IMG/VR virus record: IMGVR_UViG_3300012682_000006 | Location: 1 to 52,421 of that record | Origin: a virus | Taxonomy: Duplodnaviria > Caudoviricetes | Length of the DNA stretch: 52,421 bases | Reading direction: 5' to 3' (one strand) | Shown here: piece after piece, positions 18,092 to 26,829 of the stretch | Numbering within the stretch: the first letter of the stretch is position 1 | How the letters are laid out: each line of letters opens with the position of its first letter | Program-made: the position numbers and the translations under genes | The notes under the pieces: model-generated | Databases searched by the model: none | What the model saw: only the letters and a program-made list of their open reading frames with translations | What the model was told of the DNA's origin: nothing

Positions 18092-19269
18092 GAAGACTTG
18101 CGGGTGACCTTGCGCTTCTGCGCAGCGGCCCTGCGGGGTGCGACCTTGCGAGCGGGCGCCTCGACGTCGACACCGTCGTCCGTGGAGCCCTCGTCGTCAG
18201 CGTCACCAGGCTCCTGCGGGGGCTTGACCTTGCCCTTGACGGCGACGTCGAGGACCTCCGCCTTGATGCGCTCGCTGAGCGCCGGGTCCTCCCGGATCCC
18301 AAGCAGGAGTTCCGCTCGACCGTTCCACTGCTGGCCGCCGAAGTGGTACCAGGCGCCCTTGCGCTCGATCACCTCGTACCGCACGCCGAGGTTGATGCAC
18401 TCTTTCAAGAGGTCGTACGAGCCCGCCTTCAGGTCACCGGGGCCATCGGCGAAGTAGTAGTCGTAGACGCCGACTTGGTGCGGGCGGGTCGTCTTGTTCT
18501 TGAAGATGCGGGCCTTGATCGTCTGGCCGACACGACGGTCGACGCCGTCGTCCTTGCCGTCCACGATCCACTCGTCACGCCGCACCTCGACACGGGTGAA
18601 GAACCAGTAGTTCTTCGCCTTGCCGCCCGGTGTCGTGCGAGGATCGCCGTACTTCACGCCGATCTGGTCTCGCCACTGGTTGACGACGAAGCCGGTCACA
18701 GGGCGCTCGGCCTCCGTCAGCGAGCGCTTGGCGGCCGTGCCCTGCTTGCGGAAGAACTGGCCCGTGAGCCAAGCACCGAGCCCGACGGGAATCTCCCCCA
18801 TCTCGCCGAGTTCCTCCCGCTCGGGCACGAGCGCAGGGAGCGAGTCGATGACGACGGCGTCGACCAACTTCGTCTCCATGAACTTCATGACGGCCGTGAA
18901 GGCGGACTCCATGCCGTTCATGTCCACGACGATGATGCGCTTGAGGTCGCAGCCGAGCATCTCGGCGTACGACGGCACGAACTCCTCTGCCGCCACCCAC
19001 ACGCACGTCCACGCCTTGTCCTTGGCCTGGTTGGCGGCGACCGTCATGAGGATCGTGGCAGATTTGCCAGCGCTCTCTTCACCGACAATCTCGTTCCACT
19101 GGTTGACGGGCCACCCGCCGCCAAGGGCAACATCCAGAGCGAGACTGCCGCTCGTGATTCGAGAGATCACCTTCTTCGCCAGGCGGTCGCCCGTGATGAT
19201 GGTGTCCGTGCCGTGATCCTTGTTGATCTTGCCAATGATGGCTCGGAGTGCTGTGTCCATAGTCTTCAT
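18088..19269 (-). CDS. recA: RecA-like recombinase
   Basis: SGSLALDVALGGG, Walker A GEESAGKS, VIDS, NQWR, TPGG. Confidence 0.95.
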   Translation of the reverse strand: MKTMDTALRAIIGKINKDHGTDTIITGDRLAKKVISRITSGSLALDVALGGGWPVNQWNEIVGEESAGKSATILMTVAANQAKDKAWTCVWVAAEEFVPSYAEMLGCDLKRIIVVDMNGMESAFTAVMKFMETKLVDAVVIDSLPALVPEREELGEMGEIPVGLGAWLTGQFFRKQGTAAKRSLTEAERPVTGFVVNQWRDQIGVKYGDPRTTPGGKAKNYWFFTRVEVRRDEWIVDGKDDGVDRRVGQTIKARIFKNKTTRPHQVGVYDYYFADGPGDLKAGSYDLLKECINLGVRYEVIERKGAWYHFGGQQWNGRAELLLGIREDPALSERIKAEVLDVAVKGKVKPPQEPGDADDEGSTDDGVDVEAPARKVAPRRAAAQKRKVTRKSS

Positions 19270-19727
19270 GAAGCCTTCTGCTTGGCGGCGTACCTGCGGG
19301 TGGCTGCGTTGCGGCACACACGACACGCCCGACCGCCTGTCTTGATGCGGTACGTGTTCTCGTCGGTGTACTCATGTCCCTGGGGGCAGTGGGTCTTGGC
19401 GGCGTAGATAGAAGCGAGGGTGTTCTCGCTCCGCCGAAGGTTCTCCCGGTTCGTGACGGGCTCCAGATGAGCGAGGTTCACGCAGGCTCGGCTCGTGCAG
19501 CCCCTCGCCTTGACGTGGTCGAGCATGAGACCGACTGGAAGTGGGCCATGCGCCTGCTCCCAGATCCAGCGGTGCGCCCTGTGCTGCTTGCCGTCTGCCC
19601 AGAACAAGCCATGGCCGCCGCCGCCGACACATGCAGTCCAGATCCAGCACCCAACGGTCTTCTCGACCTTGCTCCAGAATCGGATCTGATCCTTGATGCC
19701 GATGACGGCGGCGAGGGCCTTGTCCAC
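19266..19727 (-). CDS. free-standing HNH endonuclease
   Basis: RFWSKV...CWIW...AHR...LDH...CVNLAHLEPVT..EN; KTHCPQGHEY zinc finger. Confidence 0.9.
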   Translation of the reverse strand: MDKALAAVIGIKDQIRFWSKVEKTVGCWIWTACVGGGGHGLFWADGKQHRAHRWIWEQAHGPLPVGLMLDHVKARGCTSRACVNLAHLEPVTNRENLRRSENTLASIYAAKTHCPQGHEYTDENTYRIKTGGRACRVCRNAATRRYAAKQKAS

Positions 19728-19729
19728 GG

Positions 19730-20161
19730 TCAGACGGTGACGGGCTTGAGGCGCCGGACCCGCTTGGCCGTGGGGGTGGTGATGACGGCGCCGTTCGAGA
19801 CGGGCTCGCCGGACTCGCCGTTGAGGGAGGTGGCGACGACGTTGTCGTTGACGGCGTTCGTCCGCACCTTCGTGGCGGGAGCCTTGCGGGGAGTGGCCTT
19901 GGCGGGCGCTGCGGCAGCGGGCTTGCGGTTGCCGGTGCGGGCGGTGGTCTCCTTGTCGGGGGCGTACTCGACGCCCTCGGCCTTGAGGATCGCCTTGAGG
20001 CGCTTCATGCTGTAGCGCACGCCCTGCAGGAAGCCCTCGGGGTCGGCGCCCTGGGCCTTGGCACCCGGGAGGTTGCCGGTGCGCTTGACCTCGTTCGCCT
20101 CCTTCGTGAGGCGTTCCATCTCGTCGACGAGCAACTGCACGGTGCTGGGCTTGCGGGCCAT
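19730..20161 (-). CDS. basic histone-like/DNA-binding protein
   Basis: Ala/Lys/Pro-rich segment PAKATPRKAPATK; AGGAG RBS. Confidence 0.6.
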   Translation of the reverse strand: MARKPSTVQLLVDEMERLTKEANEVKRTGNLPGAKAQGADPEGFLQGVRYSMKRLKAILKAEGVEYAPDKETTARTGNRKPAAAAPAKATPRKAPATKVRTNAVNDNVVATSLNGESGEPVSNGAVITTPTAKRVRRLKPVTV

Positions 20162-20237
20162 GTGGATCTCCTGGTGGTGTATCGGGTTGACAACGAGACC
20201 CTAGCGGGATTCTGAAGGCCTTGCAGAATCCTTCATC

Positions 20238-20639
20238 TCAACGAACGGTCGGCGTCATTCCCTGGAGATCGAACATCCCGTTGTGGCCGCAGGCGAAGCA
20301 GTGGGGAGCGGGCGCCATCATCCCGGACGCCGTCATCTTCTTGTCTGCGCTGCGGCTGAAGTAGTTGTTGCTCCCGCAGTTCGGGCAGTGGCCGGTCGTC
20401 CTCGTCTCCCTGGCGCCCTCGCCGCCCTTCCACCTGTTCGAGGCGATTGCCTCCGTGATCGGAATCTCAACCCGGTCGTCGTAGTGCTCGGTCGGCGAGA
20501 CCGTAGGAGGCACGTAGGCGGCTGGCTGGTGGTACTGAGGCGTGCCAGTGCGGGCTGGGGCCACGGGGGCCTGAGACGGGCGCTGAGGGGCCTGTGAGGG
20601 GACGCCACCACCCAACTTCCTTGCGTACCAGTCACTCAT
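20238..20639 (-). CDS. Zn-ribbon hypothetical protein
   Basis: CPNCGS...CFACG; GGAG RBS. Confidence 0.75.
   Translation of the reverse strand: MSDWYARKLGGGVPSQAPQRPSQAPVAPARTGTPQYHQPAAYVPPTVSPTEHYDDRVEIPITEAIASNRWKGGEGARETRTTGHCPNCGSNNYFSRSADKKMTASGMMAPAPHCFACGHNGMFDLQGMTPTVR
20568..20593 (+). repeat. dispersed repeat, copy 3 (divergent)
   Basis: GGCCTGAGACGGGCGCTGAGGGGCCT. Confidence 0.55.
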
Positions 20640-20654
20640 GTGGTCTCCATCCTT

Positions 20655-22523
20655 CTACGACTTGGCAGCGCCCCAGTTGTCGACCACGGACGTGTTGGCC
20701 ACGAGCGGGACTCCGTTCAACTCATACGCACCTTCCATTGCCTCCGTCATCATCTTGGCACCCTCGTCGGCCAACTCCTCAGGCACGAGCGCACCCATCT
20801 CGTCGTGCACCGTGAAGACGAGTCGCATGCGGGGATCGTGCACCTCGATGGCGTCGAGGAACCTCACCATGGCGATCTTCATGATGTCGGCGGCCGAGCC
20901 CTGGATGATGGCGTTGATGGCCTGGCGCTCGGCCGCTCGACGTGCGCCCTGCTGCGTGGCGAGGAGGGCGGGCAGGCGCCGCTTGCGCCCGAGCAGGGTC
21001 TGCGTGTGCGGGGGCCGACGTGAGCGGGCATCCTGCAGCGTCTTGGTCTGCCACGGCATGACCTTGACGTACGTGGCGTAGAAGGCGTCGATGAGCATCT
21101 GGCCCTCCTTCTCGTTCTTGACGCCGTACTTGAGCACGAGGGTCCCGGGTGTCACGCCGAACGTCACGGAGAAGTTCACGTTCTTGGCCAGCCCACGCTC
21201 CTCGGGTGTCGGGTTCTCCGTGTGGTAGGCGGTCTTCGCCGTCATCATGTGGAGGTCGAGGCCCTGGGTGTATGCGCCCACGAGCAGCGGGTCCTGCGTG
21301 AAGTGGGCGAGCACCCGCAACTCGATCTGGCTGAAGTCCGAGACCACGTACACGTACCCGGGCGGGGCGGGGAAGAGGTTGCGAACCTGCTTGCCCTCGT
21401 CCGTACGCACAGGGATGTTCTGAAGGTTGATTTCGTTGGACGACCAACGGCCTGTGACGGTGCCGACTTGGTTGAACCTCGTGTAGACCCGCCCGTCCGT
21501 GTGGATGTGGTTCCGCAGGCCCGTGACGAACGTGCCCTTCAACTTCGACGTGCCGGTCCAGGCGAGCATGTCGGCCACGAGCGGGTCTTTCTTGGCCAGC
21601 GGCTCGAACGCACCGGCCGCCGTGCTCGGCTTCTTCGTCTTGTCGGTGAAGAGCACGGGCTTGTGGCCGAGCACGCCGTACACGAACTTGCCCTTGGCGA
21701 TCGGGGCGTCGAGGTTGAACTCCGCACCGTTGGCCTCGAAGATCCGGTCCTGCAGAGTGTTGAGGCGCTGCGTCATCTCGACGTCGAGGCGCTCGACCTG
21801 CTCTCGATCGACGGGAGCGCCCGTGAGTTCCATGTGCACGACCGTGCGCATCACGTCCATCTCCAGCCGGTAGAGACCGGCGAGTCGCTGGGCGTTGAGG
21901 ATCTTCTTCAACTTGCACCAGAGGAGCCACGTGTACTTGGCGTCGAGGTAGGCGTAGCGGGCCACTTCCCTGAACGGGAAGGTCTCCGGCCCCTTCTTGC
22001 CGACGCCCTTGTCGTACAAGAAGCCGAAGTGCCTCTGCGTGATGGCGCCGAGGTTGTAGACGTGGAGGTTCTCGTTCAGCACGTGCTGGGCGACCATCGT
22101 GCATGCGTAAGGACCGATCGGCGGCTCGCCGTCGTAGTACTTGGCCATCGTCTCGATGTCGAAGCGCAGGTTGTGCCCGACCTTGCGAGCGTCGTTGAAG
22201 AAGAGCGGCTCCAGCACGGGGAAGACCTCGGACCGCCACAGTTGCTCGGGTCCAGTGGGGTGGCCGACCGGGATCGTGTCACAGCGGCCGGGGCCAGCAA
22301 ACGAGAGCCAGATCACCTCGTTGGTGAGGACGTCGACCGCTGGCTTGTCCTTGGGGTACCGCTTGGCCCGGGTCCCGACCGTCTCCAGGTCGAACGCCCA
22401 CTCGGGCTGATCCTGGTACCAGGCGACCATCTCCCGCAGCGCAGGCATCGTGAGGATCGGCGATCCCGTCTCGTGCCGGGACTGCAGCACGTACGGGGGC
22501 TCGACCTTCTTGGCTGCTGCCAC
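20655..22523 (-). CDS. polA: family A DNA polymerase with 3'-5' exonuclease
   Basis: DLET, HNLRFD, YAYLD; TGRWSS..NLQN, DFSQIELR, RxxxKxxNF, HDE; AGGAG RBS before GTG 22523. Confidence 0.95.
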   Translation of the reverse strand: MAAAKKVEPPYVLQSRHETGSPILTMPALREMVAWYQDQPEWAFDLETVGTRAKRYPKDKPAVDVLTNEVIWLSFAGPGRCDTIPVGHPTGPEQLWRSEVFPVLEPLFFNDARKVGHNLRFDIETMAKYYDGEPPIGPYACTMVAQHVLNENLHVYNLGAITQRHFGFLYDKGVGKKGPETFPFREVARYAYLDAKYTWLLWCKLKKILNAQRLAGLYRLEMDVMRTVVHMELTGAPVDREQVERLDVEMTQRLNTLQDRIFEANGAEFNLDAPIAKGKFVYGVLGHKPVLFTDKTKKPSTAAGAFEPLAKKDPLVADMLAWTGTSKLKGTFVTGLRNHIHTDGRVYTRFNQVGTVTGRWSSNEINLQNIPVRTDEGKQVRNLFPAPPGYVYVVSDFSQIELRVLAHFTQDPLLVGAYTQGLDLHMMTAKTAYHTENPTPEERGLAKNVNFSVTFGVTPGTLVLKYGVKNEKEGQMLIDAFYATYVKVMPWQTKTLQDARSRRPPHTQTLLGRKRRLPALLATQQGARRAAERQAINAIIQGSAADIMKIAMVRFLDAIEVHDPRMRLVFTVHDEMGALVPEELADEGAKMMTEAMEGAYELNGVPLVANTSVVDNWGAAKS

Positions 22524-22547
22524 TGCGTCTCCTGGCTGGTGGGTCGG

Positions 22548-22590
22548 TGGTGCCCGCCCCGGGAGTCGAACCCGGAACATCCGCTACTTA
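22548..22590 (-). tRNA. 3' part (positions 34-76) of split tRNA, probably Leu(UAA)
   Basis: TAAGT AGCGG ATGTT CCGGG TTCGACT CCCGG GGCGGGC A CCA. Confidence 0.85.
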
Positions 22591-23039
22591 CGGCGACGGC
22601 AGAAGGTGGGGTTCTGAGCGTCGCAGTTCGGACAGAGCAGGCGTAGGTTCTCTATTCGATTATCTCGGTTGTCACCGTTGGTGTGATCAAGACGTAGCAC
22701 TAGCGGTTGGCCACGCCACTCAGTGATGCCACACCAAGCGCACGCATACGTCAGCAGACCCGCATCCAAGAGGCGCTTCTTCAAGCCCCCTCGGTACTTG
22801 CTGTCCTTGACGAGGATCTCATCAAGCGTTGGCATCGGCCCGTGGAACTGTCTGACCATGCCCTTGCTCCACCGCTGGCCGACCAAGTGCTCTGTGGAAA
22901 GATCAAGCCGCTCAGCAGTAAGGGCCACCGTCTTGTAGTTGCCTCCCGTCGGACGAAGCCCAAGGTGGCGCAGCACACCGGCAACCGATGTTGCCGACGC
23001 CAGCCCCACCTTGAACTCCTCGTCCGTCCACCTCTTCAT
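22584..23039 (-). CDS. HNH endonuclease inside the tRNA anticodon loop
   Basis: VLRHLGLRPTGGNY...CAWCG...LDHTNGDNRDNRIENLRLLCPNC; stop codon lies in the tRNA 3' part. Confidence 0.9.
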   Translation of the reverse strand: MKRWTDEEFKVGLASATSVAGVLRHLGLRPTGGNYKTVALTAERLDLSTEHLVGQRWSKGMVRQFHGPMPTLDEILVKDSKYRGGLKKRLLDAGLLTYACAWCGITEWRGQPLVLRLDHTNGDNRDNRIENLRLLCPNCDAQNPTFCRRRK

Positions 23040-23060
23040 GGTAGAAGTGTAACCTCTCCG
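22591..23060 (-). mobile_element. 470-nt intron-like insertion in tRNA
   Basis: removal regenerates a 76-nt cloverleaf. Confidence 0.75.
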
Positions 23061-23093
23061 AAGGCGGCGCCTCTGCCGTTGGGCTAGGCGGGC
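23061..23093 (-). tRNA. 5' part (positions 1-33) of split tRNA
   Basis: GCCCGCC TA GCCCAACGGCAGAGGC G CCGCC TT; acceptor stem 7/7 complementary to the 3' part. Confidence 0.85.
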
Positions 23094-23112
23094 GTGGCAC
23101 AGGAGCCCCGTG

Positions 23113-23140
23113 AGAGGCCCCTGTGCGTCGATCTCAGGCC
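23113..23140 (-). repeat. dispersed repeat, copy 4
   Basis: GGCCTGAGATCGACGCACAGGGGCCTCT. Confidence 0.7.
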
Positions 23141-23421
23141 TCCGGGGCGTCCTCGGGGGCAATCTCCCTCAGAGCGCCGCCCAGACCGTGGTAGAGCGCC
23201 AGGGCGGATGCGGGATCGAGCACGCAGGCCTGCGTCATCATCGGCGCCAGGATCGTGCCGTACCCGATCCCGAACGTGAGCCGGATGGACGGGTTGTCGG
23301 TGTCGATCGTCTCGATCGAGAACCCGAACCTCGGAACATCGGCGTCACCCTGGTCGTACGGGGGGTCGCTCGGCTCCACATGGACGGGGACCTGCACGGG
23401 GATGTCAGTCATCGCCGCCAC
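23134..23421 (-). CDS. hypothetical protein
   Basis: GC3 bias; start may be 23412. Confidence 0.65.
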   Translation of the reverse strand: MAAMTDIPVQVPVHVEPSDPPYDQGDADVPRFGFSIETIDTDNPSIRLTFGIGYGTILAPMMTQACVLDPASALALYHGLGGALREIAPEDAPEA

Positions 23422-24211
23422 CGGCCTGCTCTGCGACCTCGGCCAACTCGGACCGGGAGTGCGTGTAGATCGCCTTGGCCGTGAGGACGTTGGCCTCGGC
23501 CTTCTCGATCTGGTCGTCCGTGAGGGGAGAGATCTCCCAGTCCTCCTCCAGGTCCCGTTCCTTCACGGGGTGGAACGAGGTGATCGTCTTCTTCTGGCGG
23601 CCCTGGCCCTTCACCTCCTTCGTGATGACCCAGTACAGGTCGTCCCGGTTGATGGGGCTCGACGCCTTCTTGGCAGAGAGGTTGGCGATCGCCGAAGCGG
23701 CCGTGATGCGGAGAAGGATGTAGAGGTTCTTCCGCTGCTGCAGGTGGAAGATGTTGAAGCCCGAGATCACGGCGACGTCGTTGCCGATGTCGCAGAGCGG
23801 GCAGTCGTCGCCGACGCACACCCACGACTTCTTGCTTCCCTGCGGGAGCCCCTCGACCCAGTGCTGCTTGTACGTGACGAAGGGACCCTCGTCGAGGAAC
23901 TTCACGACCGTGTCGCCCTCGGGGATCTTGAACTCCTCGCCGAACTGCGACGGGACCTCCGCCTTCGTCTTCTCGAAGCCGTCCCACCCGCCGCTGAGCA
24001 CGGGGCGGTCGGACTCATCGGCGTCGTCGTCCGACGTGGCGGCCCTGCGGCTGCGGCGAGGCGTGTCCTCGTCGGCGGCCTCCTCCCGGCGGGAGCGGCG
24101 GGGCTTCTCCTGCTCGGGCTCGAAGTCGGCGTCCTCGTTCTCGTACTTCGAGGAGGTGGTGGGAGCGGCGGGTGCCGGGCGGCGGCGGACCTTGCGGGTG
24201 GTGTCGGTCAT
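23405..24211 (-). CDS. gp32-like single-stranded DNA-binding protein
   Basis: KFLDEGPF..Y.QHW...CVGDDCPLC; position next to polA. Confidence 0.75.
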   Translation of the reverse strand: MTDTTRKVRRRPAPAAPTTSSKYENEDADFEPEQEKPRRSRREEAADEDTPRRSRRAATSDDDADESDRPVLSGGWDGFEKTKAEVPSQFGEEFKIPEGDTVVKFLDEGPFVTYKQHWVEGLPQGSKKSWVCVGDDCPLCDIGNDVAVISGFNIFHLQQRKNLYILLRITAASAIANLSAKKASSPINRDDLYWVITKEVKGQGRQKKTITSFHPVKERDLEEDWEISPLTDDQIEKAEANVLTAKAIYTHSRSELAEVAEQAGGGDD

Positions 24212-24537
24212 GAGCGTCGAACCTTTCGGGTGGTGGCCTTCGGCTTGGGCTGAGGGCTCGGGGGAGTGAGGCGGGGGGCTGCGAGGACGAACGAGTCCTC
24301 GTTGAGCGTGAGGTGGCTGGCGTCGGCGATCTCGCCTGCCAGTTGGTCGTTGAGTCGGGTCATCACCAGATCGAGCAACCGCTGGAAGGCGGCGTCTCGT
24401 CCTGCGTCGTCCATGGCTACCAGATCGTCTTCAGAAAGTCCAACGTCGCCGTGGCCGAGCCCGACGTTGACCTCGAACGTGTACGTCTCGTAGTTGCCCA
24501 TCGAGACGGACATCTTGCGGCTGCGTGCGATCCACAC
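24208..24537 (-). CDS. hypothetical protein
   Basis: GAGGAGG RBS before GTG; SMGNYE motif. Confidence 0.7.
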   Translation of the reverse strand: MWIARSRKMSVSMGNYETYTFEVNVGLGHGDVGLSEDDLVAMDDAGRDAAFQRLLDLVMTRLNDQLAGEIADASHLTLNEDSFVLAAPRLTPPSPQPKPKATTRKVRRS

Positions 24538-24538
24538 G

Positions 24539-24982
24539 TCAGACCTCCTCGAACAGGCGGATGACCCGCTCGGTGAACTGGGTCCCGGCGGTGGCGACCT
24601 GGCGGTTCGGCTTGTCGATGCCTTCCTCCTTGGCGATGCGCACGATCCCCTCGACCTGCGCTCGTGAGTAGAGGCGCCGCTGCTTACCAGCGGGGCCGGG
24701 GCTGCGGAAGCGGGCCATGGGGATGATCCCGTTCGCCTCCCACATGCGGATGGTGACGGGCTTGCGGCTGAGGGCCTTGGCCAGAGCGCCGATGGTGAAG
24801 AACTCCACCTCGACGCCCTGGACCACGTACACCTTCGGGCTGGCGTCCCAGTCGTTGATCGACTCGACCTCGACGGTGGGGGCGACACTGCCTCGACGCT
24901 TGTTCGAGCCGGGGTAGTATGCCTCCGCCATCTCGGCGATCTCGTCGAGCGTCCGATCCTCCAGCCCGTCGGACTCAGGCAC
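24539..24982 (-). CDS. MerR-like HTH DNA-binding protein
   Basis: FTIGALAKALSRKPVTIRMWE..G.IP...RRLYS. Confidence 0.8.
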   Translation of the reverse strand: MPESDGLEDRTLDEIAEMAEAYYPGSNKRRGSVAPTVEVESINDWDASPKVYVVQGVEVEFFTIGALAKALSRKPVTIRMWEANGIIPMARFRSPGPAGKQRRLYSRAQVEGIVRIAKEEGIDKPNRQVATAGTQFTERVIRLFEEV

Positions 24983-25301
24983 CGCCCTGACCTCGCTGTG
25001 CACGCTCAGCGAGCGCCTGTGCCGCTTCGAGGGCGCCGGGCGAGCGCTCCAGGATCTGCGTGATGAGGACCGCCTTGATGACCTGGGCCATCTCCTCGAT
25101 CTCGTTCAGGCGCTGGCCGACCTCGGCCGTGAAGAGGGTGCCGTCCCCCCTCGCCTTGATGATGTCGTGGGCGTGGTTGCGGATGAGGGTGAGGCTCCGC
25201 ACGATGGCGTCCCCGATCTCGGGGTCAAGATCGCTGGAGTCGGTGGCCTCGGCCACGACACGGTTGATGAGGGCTTCCGCCTCGTCTGCTGCGTCAGACA
25301 T
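24975..25301 (-). CDS. hypothetical protein
   Basis: GC3 bias, helical. Confidence 0.7.
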   Translation of the reverse strand: MSDAADEAEALINRVVAEATDSSDLDPEIGDAIVRSLTLIRNHAHDIIKARGDGTLFTAEVGQRLNEIEEMAQVIKAVLITQILERSPGALEAAQALAERAQRGQGGA

Positions 25302-25473
25302 GCCAGCCTGCATCTCTCATCTCTTGGAGCCCCCGACGTCGCTCCCACGCATTCTCGACGGCCGTGAAGAGGCAGGCCATGAGCAAGACCACGATCGTCT
25401 GCCAGACCCCGACCAAATGGTTGCTGAGCAAGATCAGGAGGAGGAAGAGGAAGTTCTTGTCGAACGTGCTCAT
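25294..25473 (-). CDS. small membrane protein
   Basis: two hydrophobic segments; GGGAGG RBS. Confidence 0.6.
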   Translation of the reverse strand: MSTFDKNFLFLLLILLSNHLVGVWQTIVVLLMACLFTAVENAWERRRGLQEMRDAGWHV

Positions 25474-25738
25474 GACCCCGGCCTCCCCAGCGTCTCGTTC
25501 ACCATGCGCAGGGTCTCGACGGCGAGCGTCTTGTCCGGCACCACGTTGACGAGCGCCTCCTCCAGGAGACGGATGTGTCGGCGCAGACCCTCGACCTGTG
25601 CATCCAGGCGAGGTCGTCGGCGTCAAGGTCCGTCGATCCGACGAGGTGCCAGCCCGCCGTGCGCAGGCTGGTGAACACCTCACCATCGACGACGCCGAAC
25701 GCCGGGTGGTCCCGGGGGTCGTACTCGGTGCCACTCAT
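25470..25738 (-). pseudogene. hypothetical gene with apparent frameshift near 25600
   Basis: codon bias switches frame; second frame ends in ATGA overlap with next gene. Confidence 0.45.
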
Positions 25739-26205
25739 GCCCGCACCGGCACGAGGGCGTAGATCGTCTTCGACGTGAAGAGCGAGTCCAACTCCTTCTC
25801 GGAGATCTTGCCCTCGTGGTGGCGAGCGAGGAGGGCGTCCTGGTCGATCTGCTCGACCGTCTCGACGACACCGCCGTCGATGACCGGGACCCACAGGCCC
25901 TTGGCCCTCGTGAAGCCCTCCGTCTTCTCGACGTTGAGGCTCGTGGTGGTGCGGGCCTCACGCTTCAGGCCCTTGACGCCGTTGAACTCCTCCGGCAGGT
26001 CGAAGAACTGGTTGCCCTCCGACTCGTAGCCGACGACCTCGATCGACGACTTGAGGTCCTTCTTGACCTCGTCGGCCTTGTCCGTGAGCACCTTGATCTG
26101 CTTCTGCAGGGTGAGGTACACGACCGCCTGCTCAGCGATCTGCTCGACGGACGGACCCTGGGTCTTCGTGCCCTTGCGAGCGACCTTGCGGGTTACGGTT
26201 GCCAT
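25735..26205 (-). CDS. coiled-coil hypothetical protein
   Basis: AAGGA RBS, GC3 bias. Confidence 0.75.
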   Translation of the reverse strand: MATVTRKVARKGTKTQGPSVEQIAEQAVVYLTLQKQIKVLTDKADEVKKDLKSSIEVVGYESEGNQFFDLPEEFNGVKGLKREARTTTSLNVEKTEGFTRAKGLWVPVIDGGVVETVEQIDQDALLARHHEGKISEKELDSLFTSKTIYALVPVRA

Positions 26206-26248
26206 ATGTCTCTGGTTCCTTCTGGTTGGTGGGGTTTCAGATACTAGC

Positions 26249-26578
26249 CTACGGGAGGGGTGTGACAGCCACTCCGATCTCCCGCTGGTACGCCTGGAGG
26301 GTGATGGTCTCGGTGCCCTCGTGCGTGAGGTGGTCGGACAGACGGTGGTGGGTCTCCCCACCCTCTCGACCGGCCGAGCGTGCCCCGTCTCCAGAGCCCG
26401 CTGAGAGGTGCTTCATGGTCGGGGGCACCACGTAGGCCGGGTTGGGCGTGGAGGGGCTCCAGCAGCGACACAGGCACCTCTCGTGAAGGCATGAGCCGTA
26501 GTGCGGGAGTGGGTCCTCGACGGTCGTGAGCAAGCGATGGGCGTGCTTGCACTTCCAGCACCTGTCCACGACCTTCAC
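26249..26578 (-). CDS. Cys-rich hypothetical protein
   Basis: GTGA overlap; CWKCKHAH...C...C.C.C. Confidence 0.6.
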   Translation of the reverse strand: MKVVDRCWKCKHAHRLLTTVEDPLPHYGSCLHERCLCRCWSPSTPNPAYVVPPTMKHLSAGSGDGARSAGREGGETHHRLSDHLTHEGTETITLQAYQREIGVAVTPLP

Positions 26579-26829
26579 CTGCTCACCGCCTCCGATGCTC
26601 GGGTGTAGTCAGGGCAGGGCCAGTCCGGCCCCCTGAGGTCGTGGTCGGCATGACGACACCAGAGGTCACCGTCGTAGTCCGCTTCGGGGGCATGCTCCAC
26701 CAACACCCTGGCGTGGACGAGCACGGCGGCGACGGCAGCGTCGGCCAGGTCGTCAGCCGTGGGTCGGATGACGCTGACCCGACGCACCGCATCTCGGGCT
26801 TCCTGCTGGGCCAGACACACGTCAGCCAC
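26575..26829 (-). CDS. hypothetical protein
   Basis: coupled ORF; WPC motif. Confidence 0.6.
   Translation of the reverse strand: MADVCLAQQEARDAVRRVSVIRPTADDLADAAVAAVLVHARVLVEHAPEADYDGDLWCRHADHDLRGPDWPCPDYTRASEAVSR

Noticed and set aside
22591-23060. Canonical group I intron or bulge-helix-bulge intron call
   Set aside because: No P7-type core motifs found by eye, and junction pairing does not give a 3-4-3 BHB; left as intron-like.
22524-23162. Track starts for PolA (22580) and HNH (23162)
   Set aside because: Both extensions translate through tRNA halves; better starts at 22523 (RBS) and 23039.
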